A stretch of DNA of 64,000 bases, taken from positions 394,178 to 458,177 of the forward strand of contig CAWDPO010000017.1 in NCBI GenBank assembly GCA_963804165.1. Reading direction: 5' to 3'. Source of the stretch: an uncultured delta proteobacterium. GTDB taxonomy: Bacteria > Desulfobacterota > Binatia > UBA9968. The notes below the pieces were generated by a model. The model was not told where the DNA came from. It did no database searches and was given only the letters and a program-made list of their open reading frames with translations. How positions within the stretch are numbered: the stretch's first letter is position 1; every line of letters begins with the position of its first letter. Positions 31,610 through 42,061 of the stretch are shown in pieces. The position numbers and the translations under genes are program-made.

Positions 31610-32681
31610 CTAATCGGCGCAGCCGCGAATCTTGGTCGGCCCGCCGGCGGCCTTTAGCGCTTCTTCGCCGAGCTTGACGTCGACGACCTGCTCGTAGGTA
31701 GGTTTTTTGTCGGCCTGAATGTCGCCGTTCTCGATGCCGTTGTCGATGGACCAGTCGGTACGCTCTCTGGAAAAGCCGGTGTTGACGCTCCAGACGCAAT
31801 TTTTCACCAGGTAATCGTACGAGAAACTGACAGCCTCCTGAGGCTTCTTCGTCGCTTCCACCATGATCGGGATGACTTTTTCCTTCTGGTTGTAGATGAC
31901 GCGGTTGGCCTCAATGAGGGATGTCGCCACGTCGCGCACCATGGCGCGGTCTTTGGTGAGCATGCTGTCGGCCGCGCCGTAAGCGTTGAAGAAATATTTC
32001 GGCATCAGCTTGGAGAGATCGACGAGCACGTGCACACCCGGTTTTTCCTTCTGCGCCAGGTGAACGTCTTCCGGATGGAGCGCCACTCCGTTTAGCTGGC
32101 CGGCAAGAAGACCCGGGAAGTCTTCCCGCGGTCGCTTGGGAAATGAACTGAACGTCGTCGACTTTGAGGCCGGCGGTCTTGAGCACCTCGCGGCCCATCA
32201 CCCAGTTGAAGCCGCCCACGCCGCCGCCGGTGGCGCTAAGCCGCTTGCCTTTAAGGTCCGCCGCGGTTTTGATTTCCTCGCTTACCATGTAGGCGTGCGG
32301 CAATCGTGGCGCCATGCCCCAAAACTGCTTTGCCTTTAGGCCCTGCGAGATGGCTGTAGCGTTGATCGTGGCCACCGCTTGGCCTTGGGTGACCGCCGCC
32401 AGATTGGCTGCCGATGAGCCACCTTCGAACTCGACGATTTCGGCATCGATACAACGGCTTTTGAAGATTCCCAAATCGCGCGCCACATAGACCGGCGTGT
32501 GCACCACGTTGGGTGGCGCGACCGACACGCCGATTTTTATTTTGCGCATCTCTTTGCAAGGAGCCTTGGTTTGAGCCGCGGCGGTGCCGACTTCGGCAAT
32601 GATCCCGGTCATAGCGGCGATCATCATCAGCACCGCGCGCAACGCCAAAATAAGACGATTGCGATCATTTTCACTCGTCAT
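31610..32681 (-). CDS. SsuA/THI5-family SBP (frameshift ~32105)
   Basis: VYVARDLGIFK, DLKGKRL; downstream of a cognate permease and ATPase. Confidence 0.85.
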
Positions 32682-32702
32682 GTCTCGCCTCCTTAATTTG
32701 CG

Positions 32703-33578
32703 TCATTCTTGGTCCGGTTGGTGCATCCATGGTGCTACTCGCTTCTCAACGAAACGCAGCAAGCCGGTCAAAGTAATACCGAGAAGACCCAATGTCGCGA
32801 TAGGTACGAACATCGCGTCGGTGCGATAGATGCTGGCATAGCGCGAGATCAGATAGCCGATGCCGGTGATCGCGGTATAGAGATCCGCGAGCACCATGCC
32901 GATCAAGCCGCGGCCGATTGCCAGCCGTAGGCCGGTCACAATGAAGGGCACCGCAGCGGGCAAGACGATGTGGATCCAGAGTTGTCTCTCACTGCAGCGA
33001 AAGGCGCGGCCCACCTCGGTTAGATGGGCGTCGACGTTTTTAACACCCTGGTGCGTGTTGATCACGATGGGGAAAAAGGTAAAGAGAAAAACCACGGCGA
33101 TCTTAGCGGTGGTCTCGAAGCCGAACCAGAGGACCAATACCGGCACCAGTGCCACTGATGGTATGGAATAGAGCGCCGTAATATAGGTGTCGAGAGCGAC
33201 ATCGACGACCCAGAAACGCGCCATGACGAGTCCCAAGGCGATACCGAAGACGGTTGCGAGACCCAGGCCGGCGAACAGCACGATGAGGCTCTGGGAAAGA
33301 TATTTCCACAGCTCGCCGCTGGCGATCATTTTGGCAGCAGCATTGCCGACCGCGGTGGGATAGGTAAATAGGACTGGATTGATGTGCCGGCCCACGTATT
33401 CCCAGGCACTAAGCACGACGACGAGAGAGATCACCCGAATCGCTATCTGAGTCGTGGCCCAGCGACGTTGCACGGCCCGTGCTCGCTCCCGCGCCGCCTG
33501 TTGCTCTGCGGCAAGCTCTTGGTGCGCGGTAGGCGCTGACGCAGCGGCGGATCGCTCTTCAGTGCTGCTGATGCTCAT
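32703..33578 (-). CDS. ABC permease (SsuC/TauC type)
   Basis: IPSVALVP...WFG, HIVLPAAVPFIVTGLRLA. Confidence 0.9.
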   Translation of the reverse strand: MSISSTEERSAAASAPTAHQELAAEQQAARERARAVQRRWATTQIAIRVISLVVVLSAWEYVGRHINPVLFTYPTAVGNAAAKMIASGELWKYLSQSLIVLFAGLGLATVFGIALGLVMARFWVVDVALDTYITALYSIPSVALVPVLVLWFGFETTAKIAVVFLFTFFPIVINTHQGVKNVDAHLTEVGRAFRCSERQLWIHIVLPAAVPFIVTGLRLAIGRGLIGMVLADLYTAITGIGYLISRYASIYRTDAMFVPIATLGLLGITLTGLLRFVEKRVAPWMHQPDQE

Positions 33579-34348
33579 TGCATCACCACCGAGGGACGCA
33601 GCTCCTCCCAAATATGGTTTCGGATCTCGGTGTAGCGAGAATCGGCCCGCACCGCCGCTGGATCGCGCGGTCGTGGAAAACCCACCGTTAAAATTTCCTT
33701 GATGCGACCGGGGCGGGACGCCATGACCGCCACTCGGTCACCCAAGATAATTGCCTCGTCGATCGAGTGGGTGATGAAAATCATGGTCTTACGTTCGCGC
33801 TCGTGGAGTTGAAGCAATTCCTCCTGAAGTACCTCGCGGGTTTGGGCGTCCACCGAAGCGAAGGGCTCGTCCATCAAAAGGATCTCAGGATCAATGGCAA
33901 GGGCGCGCGCTAAGCCCACCCGCTGCTGCATGCCGCCGCTTAGCTGGTAGGGATAATGGTTTTCAAAACCGGTCAATCCGACCAGCCGGATGTAGTGATC
34001 GAGGCGCTCGGCGATCAACTCGCGAGGCGCGCCGGCGATTCTAAGCCCGAAGGCGACGTTGTCCACCACGGACTTCCACGGCAATAAGCCGAAATGTTGG
34101 AAGACGATAGCGACGCCTTCGCGTGGACGATCAACGGCTTGATCGTCGATCAGAACTTGTCCGGTACTCGGCGGTAGGAGACCGCCGATGCAGCGCAGTA
34201 AAGTCGTCTTACCGCAACCGGAGGGCCCGACAACGCAAAGAACTTCCTGGTTGTTTATTTGTAGATCAACATTGCGAAAGGCGACGACGGTTCCCTCGAG
34301 GAAAAGCTTGCTGGCGTGGTCAACCACGATTTTGGCGCCGATAGCCAT
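33575..34348 (-). CDS. ABC ATP-binding protein (SsuB/TauB type)
   Basis: GPSGCGKT, LSGGMQQR, LLMDEPF. Confidence 0.95.
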   Translation of the reverse strand: MAIGAKIVVDHASKLFLEGTVVAFRNVDLQINNQEVLCVVGPSGCGKTTLLRCIGGLLPPSTGQVLIDDQAVDRPREGVAIVFQHFGLLPWKSVVDNVAFGLRIAGAPRELIAERLDHYIRLVGLTGFENHYPYQLSGGMQQRVGLARALAIDPEILLMDEPFASVDAQTREVLQEELLQLHERERKTMIFITHSIDEAIILGDRVAVMASRPGRIKEILTVGFPRPRDPAAVRADSRYTEIRNHIWEELRPSVVMQ

Positions 34349-34513
34349 GCGAAAGATCTATCAGTTTAGAAATGCCTTTGTGAAAAAAACGCGCCGAAAC
34401 GTACCAAGGCACCCACGACCTGTCAAGACAAGCGGAAAAGATTGAGTATCGAACATGGAAGATCCAAAATCGCGATTCTCAATCTTCGATCCTCCATTTC
34501 CCTGTAGCGCGCA

Positions 34514-35665
34514 TTACCGCCCCCACAGCTCTTTTGTTGCCAGGCGCGCGCCTTCGGCCATCGCTTCAAACTTCGACCAGGCGATTTGTGGATCGCCGAC
34601 ACGCGGGCCGAGACCGCAATCGGTTCCCGCCATAACGTTTTCGCGGCCGACGATCTTGGCGTAGCGGAGCAAACGATCGGCGATGGCTTGCGGGTGCTCG
34701 ACGATATCCGTTGCATGGCCGACGACCCCGGGCACGAGGACTTTACCAGCGGGAAGCTTTACTTCTTCCCAAACGCGCCACTCATGCTCGTGGCGCGGAT
34801 TGGCGGCTTCAATGGAAATCGTGTTCGCTTTCACTTTGAGAATCAGATCGATGATGTCACGCAGCGGAATATCGTACTTGTGCGGGCCGTGATAACTGCC
34901 CCAGCAGGTGTGAAAGCGCACGCGGTCCGATGGGATATCTCTCAGGCCGTGATTGAGCGCGTCGACGCGCAGCTCGGCGTACTTGCGATATTCCGGCACG
35001 GTCATCTTCGACATGAACTGCCAGCCGTCAGGCAGATCGGGATCGTCGATCTGCAGCAAGAAGCCGGCGTCGACGATCGCCTTATATTCCTCGTGCATCG
35101 CGTCGGCGATGGCAATCAGATAGGCTTCGTCGCTCGGATAGTAATCGTTTTTCATCCAGTGCTCGATGGTGCCGGGCGCGATGGCGGGAAGAAAAGCTTC
35201 TTCGTAATTTTGGTCCTGAAGCCCTGCCTTGAAATCCTCGATTTCCGATTTCAGAGAATCATGGCCGACATATTTCAGCGGCGCGTCGCAAAACACCCGT
35301 TTGACGTTGTCGCCGCGATGATAAGACCGATTTTGAAAATACTCGCGGAATTCCACCAAGTCGCGGGCATAGATCGTCGAAGTCTGATCGCCGGGCTTGG
35401 CGTCGCGCTCGATGAAGCCGCTCAAGCGCTCGCGCGCGTAGCGTGAGAAATTCGACTTGCCGACTTCGCCGTCGTTGATGATGTCGACGCCGCAGGCAAT
35501 CTGTTTCTTCACCGCTTCCGCTACCGCGGCGCGGACTCTTTGGCTGAAAGCGTCCGGACTCAATGGTGTGCCCGAGTCTTTGGCGATGTGCATCTGTTTT
35601 AAATCTGGCGGCTGCGGCAAGGCGCCGGCGTGGGTGGTCAGTATTCGGTCAGTGCTGTATTTCAT
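34514..35665 (-). CDS. Cobalamin-independent methionine synthase II family protein
   Basis: ILTTHAGALP, NDGE, LQIDDP, Zn ligands HTCWG and TDCG. Confidence 0.9.
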   Translation of the reverse strand: MKYSTDRILTTHAGALPQPPDLKQMHIAKDSGTPLSPDAFSQRVRAAVAEAVKKQIACGVDIINDGEVGKSNFSRYARERLSGFIERDAKPGDQTSTIYARDLVEFREYFQNRSYHRGDNVKRVFCDAPLKYVGHDSLKSEIEDFKAGLQDQNYEEAFLPAIAPGTIEHWMKNDYYPSDEAYLIAIADAMHEEYKAIVDAGFLLQIDDPDLPDGWQFMSKMTVPEYRKYAELRVDALNHGLRDIPSDRVRFHTCWGSYHGPHKYDIPLRDIIDLILKVKANTISIEAANPRHEHEWRVWEEVKLPAGKVLVPGVVGHATDIVEHPQAIADRLLRYAKIVGRENVMAGTDCGLGPRVGDPQIAWSKFEAMAEGARLATKELWGR

Positions 35666-35780
35666 TAGCTTTCCTGTTCTAAACGGCTGGAATGATTGAA
35701 ACTGTTGGAACGATTATAACCGTTCCATACGTTCCAGTTGTTCCAGCCGTTCCAAGAGGTTGTCACAGAAACGATACCAT

Positions 35781-36773
35781 CTACTTGAGTGACTCCCCGA
35801 CTTTTTGAACGAAACTAAAATCGAAGACGCGCTCCGGCGGCACCGGTTCTTTCGGTTTGATGCGCTGCGACGCGGTGGCGATCATCTCGCGCTGGAGTTT
35901 CTCATCGACGGTGGGCGTTTGCAGATAAAGCTGTACAGCCGCATCGTAGATTCGCTCCGCATAGCGTTCCTTGTCCTTGCCCAATTCGAGATAGGGTCCC
36001 TTTATGAACTCGATCGCGTATTTCTTGTCGTTCCTGATGAGTCGAACCGCACGCGTCGTCGCCCGGATCATTTTGCTGACCAGATCGGGACGGTCTTTGA
36101 GGATGGCCTTGGTCGTCGTGAGTCCGCCCATGACGGCGCGGTAGACATCCGCGCCGGCGGCGAGATTGCGAAAGCCTTCATCGACGGCAAAAAATTTCTG
36201 CGGGATCTGCAGCATAGTGGCGTCGATGGCGCCGGCTTTCAAGGCGACGTAGGTCACGTCGCTGGATCCCAGCGGGAGCAAAGTGACTTGCTCCGTCGGG
36301 ACCTGATGGGCGATCAAAATCTGCCGCGTGAGAATTTCCGCCAATGATCCGACTCCCGAAACACCGAGCTTTTTACCTCGCAGTTGTTGGATATTCGTGA
36401 TGCTCGGCAGCGAAATCAAATCGAATGTCGGACGGTCCGTTAGAGCGTAGATGAGTCGGAGGTCGGCGCCGCTTACCGCCGCGCTGATGCCGGTGCCGGT
36501 CGCCGTGGCGAAATCGATGCCGCCGGCTAACAGGACCTGCGGCGTCAGACCGGCTTTCACAAATACAAGCTCGGGTTCCAAGCCTTCTTCGCGAAACAAT
36601 CCTCTGTCGCGGGCGATCATATAGGGCATGTCGAGGATGCTGCGTGAAACGTAACCGATGCGCACGGGCAGGAGCTTGGCGGATTTTTCCGCGGCCCACA
36701 GGTTCGCGCGAACTAAAAGAAAGGCCACGAACAAACTGCAGGGCGGCAATAATACGCGCACTGTTGTTCTCAC
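35781..36773 (-). CDS. SsuA/THI5-family SBP
   Basis: IARDRGLFREEGLEPEL; tandem paralog of 36796; start uncertain. Confidence 0.85.
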   Translation of the reverse strand: MRTTVRVLLPPCSLFVAFLLVRANLWAAEKSAKLLPVRIGYVSRSILDMPYMIARDRGLFREEGLEPELVFVKAGLTPQVLLAGGIDFATATGTGISAAVSGADLRLIYALTDRPTFDLISLPSITNIQQLRGKKLGVSGVGSLAEILTRQILIAHQVPTEQVTLLPLGSSDVTYVALKAGAIDATMLQIPQKFFAVDEGFRNLAAGADVYRAVMGGLTTTKAILKDRPDLVSKMIRATTRAVRLIRNDKKYAIEFIKGPYLELGKDKERYAERIYDAAVQLYLQTPTVDEKLQREMIATASQRIKPKEPVPPERVFDFSFVQKVGESLK

Positions 36774-36795
36774 GGCTTGTCGCCTTCCCCGTGCG

Positions 36796-37788
36796 TTATT
36801 TGAATGAATCCGCAACTCTCAATGCGAAGCTGAAATCGAACACGCGCTCCGGCGGCGCCAACTCCTTGGGTTTGATGCGCTGCGCGGCCACGCTGATCAT
36901 CTCTCGCTGCAGCCTTTCATCGACGGCGCCGGAAGTCAGGTAATACTGCAGCCCGGCGTTGTAGATACGGTCGGCGAAGCGATCACGATCCTTGCCGAGG
37001 TCGAGATACGGTCCTTTAATGAACTCCACGGCATATTTCCTATCGGCGCGAATGAGCCGGAGCGCTCTCTGCGTGGCGCGAATCATTTTTGTCACCAGCT
37101 CGGGGCGCTCGTTGATCGTTGCCTTCGTGGTGGTCAGCCCGCCCTGGACGGCCCGGTAGAAATCCGCGCCCGCGGCAAGCTTTCGGAAGCCTTCGTCTTG
37201 AGCGAGGAACGTCTGCGGGATCTGCAGCATGGTGGCGTCGATGGTGCCGGCCTTTAACGCAATGTAAAGGACATCGCTTGTGCCCAGGGGTAGAAATGTT
37301 ACCTGGTCGGGCGGAATCTTGTTGGCGAGAAAAATTTGCCGGGCGAGAATCTCCGCAAGCGCGCCAAAGGCCGTGATGCCGATTTTTTTGCCGCGGATTT
37401 GTTGTAGCGTTGCGACGCTCGGATGGGCCAGCAGGTCGAAGGACGGCTTGTCCGTCAGGGCGAAGACGATCCGCACGTCGACGCCGCTCACCGCTGCCGC
37501 TACAGCCGTGCCGGTCGCCGTGCCGAAATCGATCCCGCCGGCGAGCATCGCGGGAATCGTCTGAGCCGCTTTCATGAAAATAAGCTCGGGTTCAAGCCCT
37601 TCCTCGCGAAAATAGCCGCGGTCACGGGCGATGATAAAAGGCATGTCCAGGATGCTGCGCGAAACATAGCCGATGCGCACGGGCGGGAGCTTGGCAGTTG
37701 TTTCCGCCGGCCAAATCCGCTCGACCGGGGCCGCAAATAGTACAACGACGGCAAGGCCGATCAGTGCGGAGCGAAGTCCAATAGTCAT
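36796..37788 (-). CDS. SsuA/THI5-family SBP
   Basis: IARDRGYFREEGLEPEL. Confidence 0.85.
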   Translation of the reverse strand: MTIGLRSALIGLAVVVLFAAPVERIWPAETTAKLPPVRIGYVSRSILDMPFIIARDRGYFREEGLEPELIFMKAAQTIPAMLAGGIDFGTATGTAVAAAVSGVDVRIVFALTDKPSFDLLAHPSVATLQQIRGKKIGITAFGALAEILARQIFLANKIPPDQVTFLPLGTSDVLYIALKAGTIDATMLQIPQTFLAQDEGFRKLAAGADFYRAVQGGLTTTKATINERPELVTKMIRATQRALRLIRADRKYAVEFIKGPYLDLGKDRDRFADRIYNAGLQYYLTSGAVDERLQREMISVAAQRIKPKELAPPERVFDFSFALRVADSFK

Positions 37789-37873
37789 CTTTTGTGCTTC
37801 CGCTTTACATAGGCCCAGACGCAAGCCTCAAAACTTCAAACACGAGACCCGAAACGGAAAACCCGAAACCATC

Positions 37874-38542
37874 CTATGCATAGGCGTCATAGATGCCGTC
37901 GAACTTGGCGAGCTTGAAACGCACCATGTTTTTGGCGGCGGCGCGCACCAGTTCCTTTTCACGATCCGAATTGGCGTTGCGGGCGATGGTCTCGGCGGCC
38001 ATCGCCGTGTGTTCCTGGTCGACTTTGCCGTGCACGATAAAAAAAGTACGGGCGCGACTATCGAGACCGAAATGCTTCTCCAGCGCAGCATCGAATTCGT
38101 CCGAGTATCGTTGGACCATGGTTTCGTTCACCAGCGCGCCGGCGCGGGTTTCCGCCGCTGTGCCGAGAAACATGCCGCGAATGATCGCTGCGGTATGGGC
38201 GACGCATTCGAAGATCATGATCTCCTTGTCGAAATCTTCGTCGGTCAAACCCATGGCTTGGCCGAACCGTTTCATTAACGCGGGATGGGACGATTCTTCA
38301 ACGAAGAGCTCGACGAACTGATTGTACGCCGGCGGGTTGCTGGCATTCTTCACCATGCAGAAGGCGAGCCCCTTGTTGATCGCATGATTAGATAGGTAGT
38401 GCTGCATGGCGAAGCCGGCGAGACGCTTTTTAGAAAGCTTGCCCTGGCGCAGCTCGCTGAAATACCGGCCGTTCATCAGCTGGTCGACGCCCGGCCGTAT
38501 AATTTCATGCAACACGGACTCGACGAAAGCTTCGTTTCCCAT
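37874..38542 (-). CDS. Heme-oxygenase-like (TenA/PqqC/CADD) iron redox protein
   Basis: GKLSKKRLAGFAMQHY, VEESSH, FFIVHGKVDQEH. Confidence 0.75.
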   Translation of the reverse strand: MGNEAFVESVLHEIIRPGVDQLMNGRYFSELRQGKLSKKRLAGFAMQHYLSNHAINKGLAFCMVKNASNPPAYNQFVELFVEESSHPALMKRFGQAMGLTDEDFDKEIMIFECVAHTAAIIRGMFLGTAAETRAGALVNETMVQRYSDEFDAALEKHFGLDSRARTFFIVHGKVDQEHTAMAAETIARNANSDREKELVRAAAKNMVRFKLAKFDGIYDAYA

Positions 38543-38599
38543 AAAAACTCCTTAGATTCCGTTAAAGTTGAGACACAGAAACATTCTCAGAGGAGAAAA

Positions 38600-39180
38600 G
38601 GAGTGTCAAGGGAGAATTTTGCCGAGCGGCGCCTGCGAATCGGTGGCGATCAACTCACATGGGCTCCCCGTAAGTCCCCGTTTATACAGATCGGCTAAAA
38701 ACGCTTCCCAGCACGCCCCCGATTCACTGGCTGCGGGATAAAAATCAATCATCTCATGGCGGCCTTCCACCGTGATGCCGAAGGCACAAAGTAAGATCTT
38801 CTTTTGCACCTTGACCGCTCCTTTGCTCTTTAACACTACGCCATCGAAGAATAGATACTGATATTGATCCTTGAGCGCACGGCCGTGATAGCCACTGACC
38901 TCCTGGTCCAAATCCCGCGCGATGCGCGAAATCGTGGAGGCCGAGACCTTCTCTCCCAGCACAGGAGCCAGCACTGAGGCGGCTTTGCGCGTCGACAGCC
39001 CTAAACAAAAACAGGCCAACAACACCTTATCGACCGAGCGGCAGCGCCGGGCATAGCGCTCAAAGAGCTTGGAAGGAAACTTTCCCCTACGGCATCTCGG
39101 CACTAAAAGCTCGATATCTCCCATCTCGGTCAACAGATGTCATTTGGCCAACCTTGGTTGACAGCCCGGCGTGAGCCTCC
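38600..39180 (-). pseudogene. IS256 family transposase remnant
   Basis: GDIELLVPR, GLSTRK, YLFFDG, ESGACW...LYKRGL...ATD; N-terminus deleted and C-terminal half missing. Confidence 0.85.
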
Positions 39181-39282
39181 TTATATTCGGTTGCGCCGCC
39201 AGTGGACCGAGGACGCGGCGGCAATCGACAGATCAAGGGCGTAGGAATCTCTTGAGGCCAGACAATTTTGAGAGGATATAAA

Positions 39283-40125
39283 ATGGCCAAGGCGACGCTC
39301 AACGGCGTAGAAATCTACTATGAAGCGGAGGGGAGCGGCGAAGCAGTGCTGTTCCTGCCGGCTTCTTGGTGGCCGTCGGACACGTGGAACGTTGGGGTCG
39401 TGCCGTTTCTGTCACGCCGATTTAGAACGATTATCCTCGATTGCCGCGGCACCGGCCGAAGCGGCAAGCCGAACGACGGCTACACGGTGGAGCAGTTCGC
39501 TCGAGACGGCATCGCCTTGTTGGAGCATCTGGGCGTGCCGCGTTGCCACGCTGTCGGTTTCGCCCTCGGCGGCCAGATCGTTCAAGCGATGGCCATCGAG
39601 CGCCCCGATCTGGTGGCAACGCTGACTATCGCGGCTTCCGGCGCAGGGGCGAAAACGCTCACGGGCGGACCGCGTAGCTTGTCGCCCGATACGGAGCGCG
39701 AAATTCGCGACATCGGCTTTGAGCGCTACATCCGCAACTACATCGAGAACGACACGATGGCGTTTACCCCAAAATTCTATCGCGAGCATCCGGAAGTGGT
39801 GGCGGCTCTCGCCGATGCGGTTTGGTCGGGACAAAGCACGGTGGAAATGTTTCGCCGCCACGAGGACGCGCGGCTCACTTGGGATACTCTGGCGAAGGCG
39901 GCCGAGGTGAAAGTGCCGGCGCTGATTATTTGCGGCGCCGACGACGACGTGAGCCGGCGCGGCAGCACGCCCGTCGGCACGGCGGAGCGTCTCGCCGAGC
40001 TGACGCCCGGCTGCGAATTGTTTTTGATTCCAAACACGAAGCATATGACGTTCTGGGATGGCACCGGTGGATTGGTTGCGCTGCAAGAGTTCTTGATCCG
40101 CCACCCGATTGGAGCAACGCAGTGA
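39283..40125 (+). CDS. Alpha/beta-hydrolase-fold protein with Ala at the nucleophile position
   Basis: PASWWP, DCRGTGRS, GFALGG, GADDDV, HMTFWD. Confidence 0.85.
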   Translation: MAKATLNGVEIYYEAEGSGEAVLFLPASWWPSDTWNVGVVPFLSRRFRTIILDCRGTGRSGKPNDGYTVEQFARDGIALLEHLGVPRCHAVGFALGGQIVQAMAIERPDLVATLTIAASGAGAKTLTGGPRSLSPDTEREIRDIGFERYIRNYIENDTMAFTPKFYREHPEVVAALADAVWSGQSTVEMFRRHEDARLTWDTLAKAAEVKVPALIICGADDDVSRRGSTPVGTAERLAELTPGCELFLIPNTKHMTFWDGTGGLVALQEFLIRHPIGATQ

Positions 40126-41129
40126 TTTTCACATCCGAACTCTTCAAGAGGTTTCTGCGCAGTGCATTCATGTTCTTCATCTGTTGCGTTGTAGCGGCGC
40201 TGTCGAGTTTCGTCGAAGCGCAAACCAAAAAAGTTCGCGTCGCGGTTCCCGGCTACACGATCGCAGTGCTGTCGTTTCTTGCCGCCAAGATGAACGGCTA
40301 TTACGTTGGGGAAGGTTTGGACGTTGAACTGATCGCGATGCGCGCGCCCACGGCTAATTTGGCGCTCATCGGCGGCAACGTCGAGTTTTCGGCAGTTCCA
40401 CTCGCCGGTCTTACGACCGCGCTGCGCGGCGCACCGTTGAAATTGATTTTCTGCCAGTTCGACAAACCGCAGCATTCGCTTTACGCCAAGGCGGAGTTTC
40501 CCAACATCAAGGCGTTGCGCGGAAAGAAAGTCGCTGTTTCTGGCCTCGGTACCATCGACGATATTTTGCTGCGCGAAGCACTCGGCGGGAGTGGTGTCGA
40601 TCCCGCACGGGATGTCACTGTTCTCGCGATGGGTGCAGCGGACACCCGATTTAGCGCTCTTGTCAGCGGCGCCATCGATGCGTCGATGCTGATCGCTCCG
40701 GTTTCCTTTTACGCTCAGGAGCAGGGATTCAAAGAGTTGGCTTCGTTTCAGGACTTAGGTTTTGTTCTGCCCAGCGGCGGTATCGTTGCTCGTGACGAAA
40801 CCTTAAAGAACGATGCGATCACTGCGGAACGATTTGTCCGGGCAACAATTATGGGTTTCTTGTTCATGCGCGACAATCGTCCGGGAACGCTCAAGGTCAT
40901 GTCGCGAATGCTTCGAATTGATGAGTCGACGGCGGCCAAGCTTTATGACTCGTCTCGGCCAACTCTGACAAACGACGGCACGGTCACGGGAGAATCGGAA
41001 AAAAAGATGACCGGTATGGTCCTCAAAATTGCTGGCGTCAAAGAAGCTCCACCGATGGATAAGCTCTATGACTTCTCGCTTGTGAAGAAAGCCCATGCGG
41101 CGCTACAAGCGAAAGGGTGGCGCCCGTAA
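40122..41129 (+). CDS. SsuA/THI5-family SBP
   Basis: GTGA overlap with hydrolase; GYYVGEGLDVEL, LRGKKVAVSG. Confidence 0.85.
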   Translation: MIFTSELFKRFLRSAFMFFICCVVAALSSFVEAQTKKVRVAVPGYTIAVLSFLAAKMNGYYVGEGLDVELIAMRAPTANLALIGGNVEFSAVPLAGLTTALRGAPLKLIFCQFDKPQHSLYAKAEFPNIKALRGKKVAVSGLGTIDDILLREALGGSGVDPARDVTVLAMGAADTRFSALVSGAIDASMLIAPVSFYAQEQGFKELASFQDLGFVLPSGGIVARDETLKNDAITAERFVRATIMGFLFMRDNRPGTLKVMSRMLRIDESTAAKLYDSSRPTLTNDGTVTGESEKKMTGMVLKIAGVKEAPPMDKLYDFSLVKKAHAALQAKGWRP

Positions 41130-41175
41130 CCAAGGCGCATTGTGGAATCGAGCAAACAGACTAGCGAGGTTGACC

Positions 41176-42006
41176 ATGTCTAGCGCGAAAATCGGCGACA
41201 TCGACATCTATTATGAGGACCATGGACAAGGCGAGCCGGTGCTGCTCGCGCCGCCGTCGTGGTGGCCGAGCGATACCTGGAAGGTCGGCGTCGTGCCGTT
41301 TTTATCGCAGCGGTACCGCACGATCATATTTGATTGCCGCGGCACGGGTTATTCGAGCAAGCCCGATCATGGTTATACGATCAGCCAGTTCGCCAAGGAC
41401 TGCGCGGGTCTTCTGGAACATCTGAAAATTTCCCGTGCTCATGCGGCGGGATTTGCGCTCGGCGGCCAGATCGTGCAGGCGCTCGCCATCGAGCGGCCCG
41501 ACTTAGTCGCAACCTTGACGATCGCCGCCGCTGGAGCGGGAATGAAGGCGACCAGCGGCGCGCCGCGCGAGGCGCGCAATACCGACGAGGAGGAGATTCG
41601 CGCGCACGGCTTCGAGCGCTTCATCCGCGGTCATATCGAGAACACACACATGGCGTTCGATCCGAAGTTTTACAAAGAGCGCCCCGAAGTTGTCCAGGCG
41701 CTTTCCGACGCGCTATGGAAAAGGCAGACGAGCCCTGAGCAGCACCAGTATCACTACGAGGCCCGGCGCACCTGGGACACCCTCGGTAACGCGCCGAAGG
41801 TCAAAGTGCCGACGTTAATCCTTTGCGGCGCCGACGATGACGTCAATCGTGGCGGCAGCACGCCGGTCGGCACGGCGCGCAAACTTGGCGAATTGGTTCC
41901 CGGCTGCGAGCTTGCGCTCGTGCCTAACGTCAAGCATATGACTTTTTGGGACGGCGACGGCGCGCTCCACGCGCTGCAGGATTTTTTGCAAAGGCATCGC
42001 ATTTAA
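41176..42006 (+). CDS. Alpha/beta-hydrolase-fold protein with Ala at the nucleophile position
   Basis: PPSWWP, GFALGG, GADDDV, HMTFWD. Confidence 0.85.
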   Translation: MSSAKIGDIDIYYEDHGQGEPVLLAPPSWWPSDTWKVGVVPFLSQRYRTIIFDCRGTGYSSKPDHGYTISQFAKDCAGLLEHLKISRAHAAGFALGGQIVQALAIERPDLVATLTIAAAGAGMKATSGAPREARNTDEEEIRAHGFERFIRGHIENTHMAFDPKFYKERPEVVQALSDALWKRQTSPEQHQYHYEARRTWDTLGNAPKVKVPTLILCGADDDVNRGGSTPVGTARKLGELVPGCELALVPNVKHMTFWDGDGALHALQDFLQRHRI

Positions 42007-42061
42007 TAACGTTGAACCTTGAACGTTTGAACTCTTGAACCAGCGGAGGATGAATCGGGTC

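Noticed and set aside
38600-39180. IS256 as the active mobiliser of the adjacent hydrolase cluster
   Set aside because: Internally deleted remnant with no second copy or clear paired IR.
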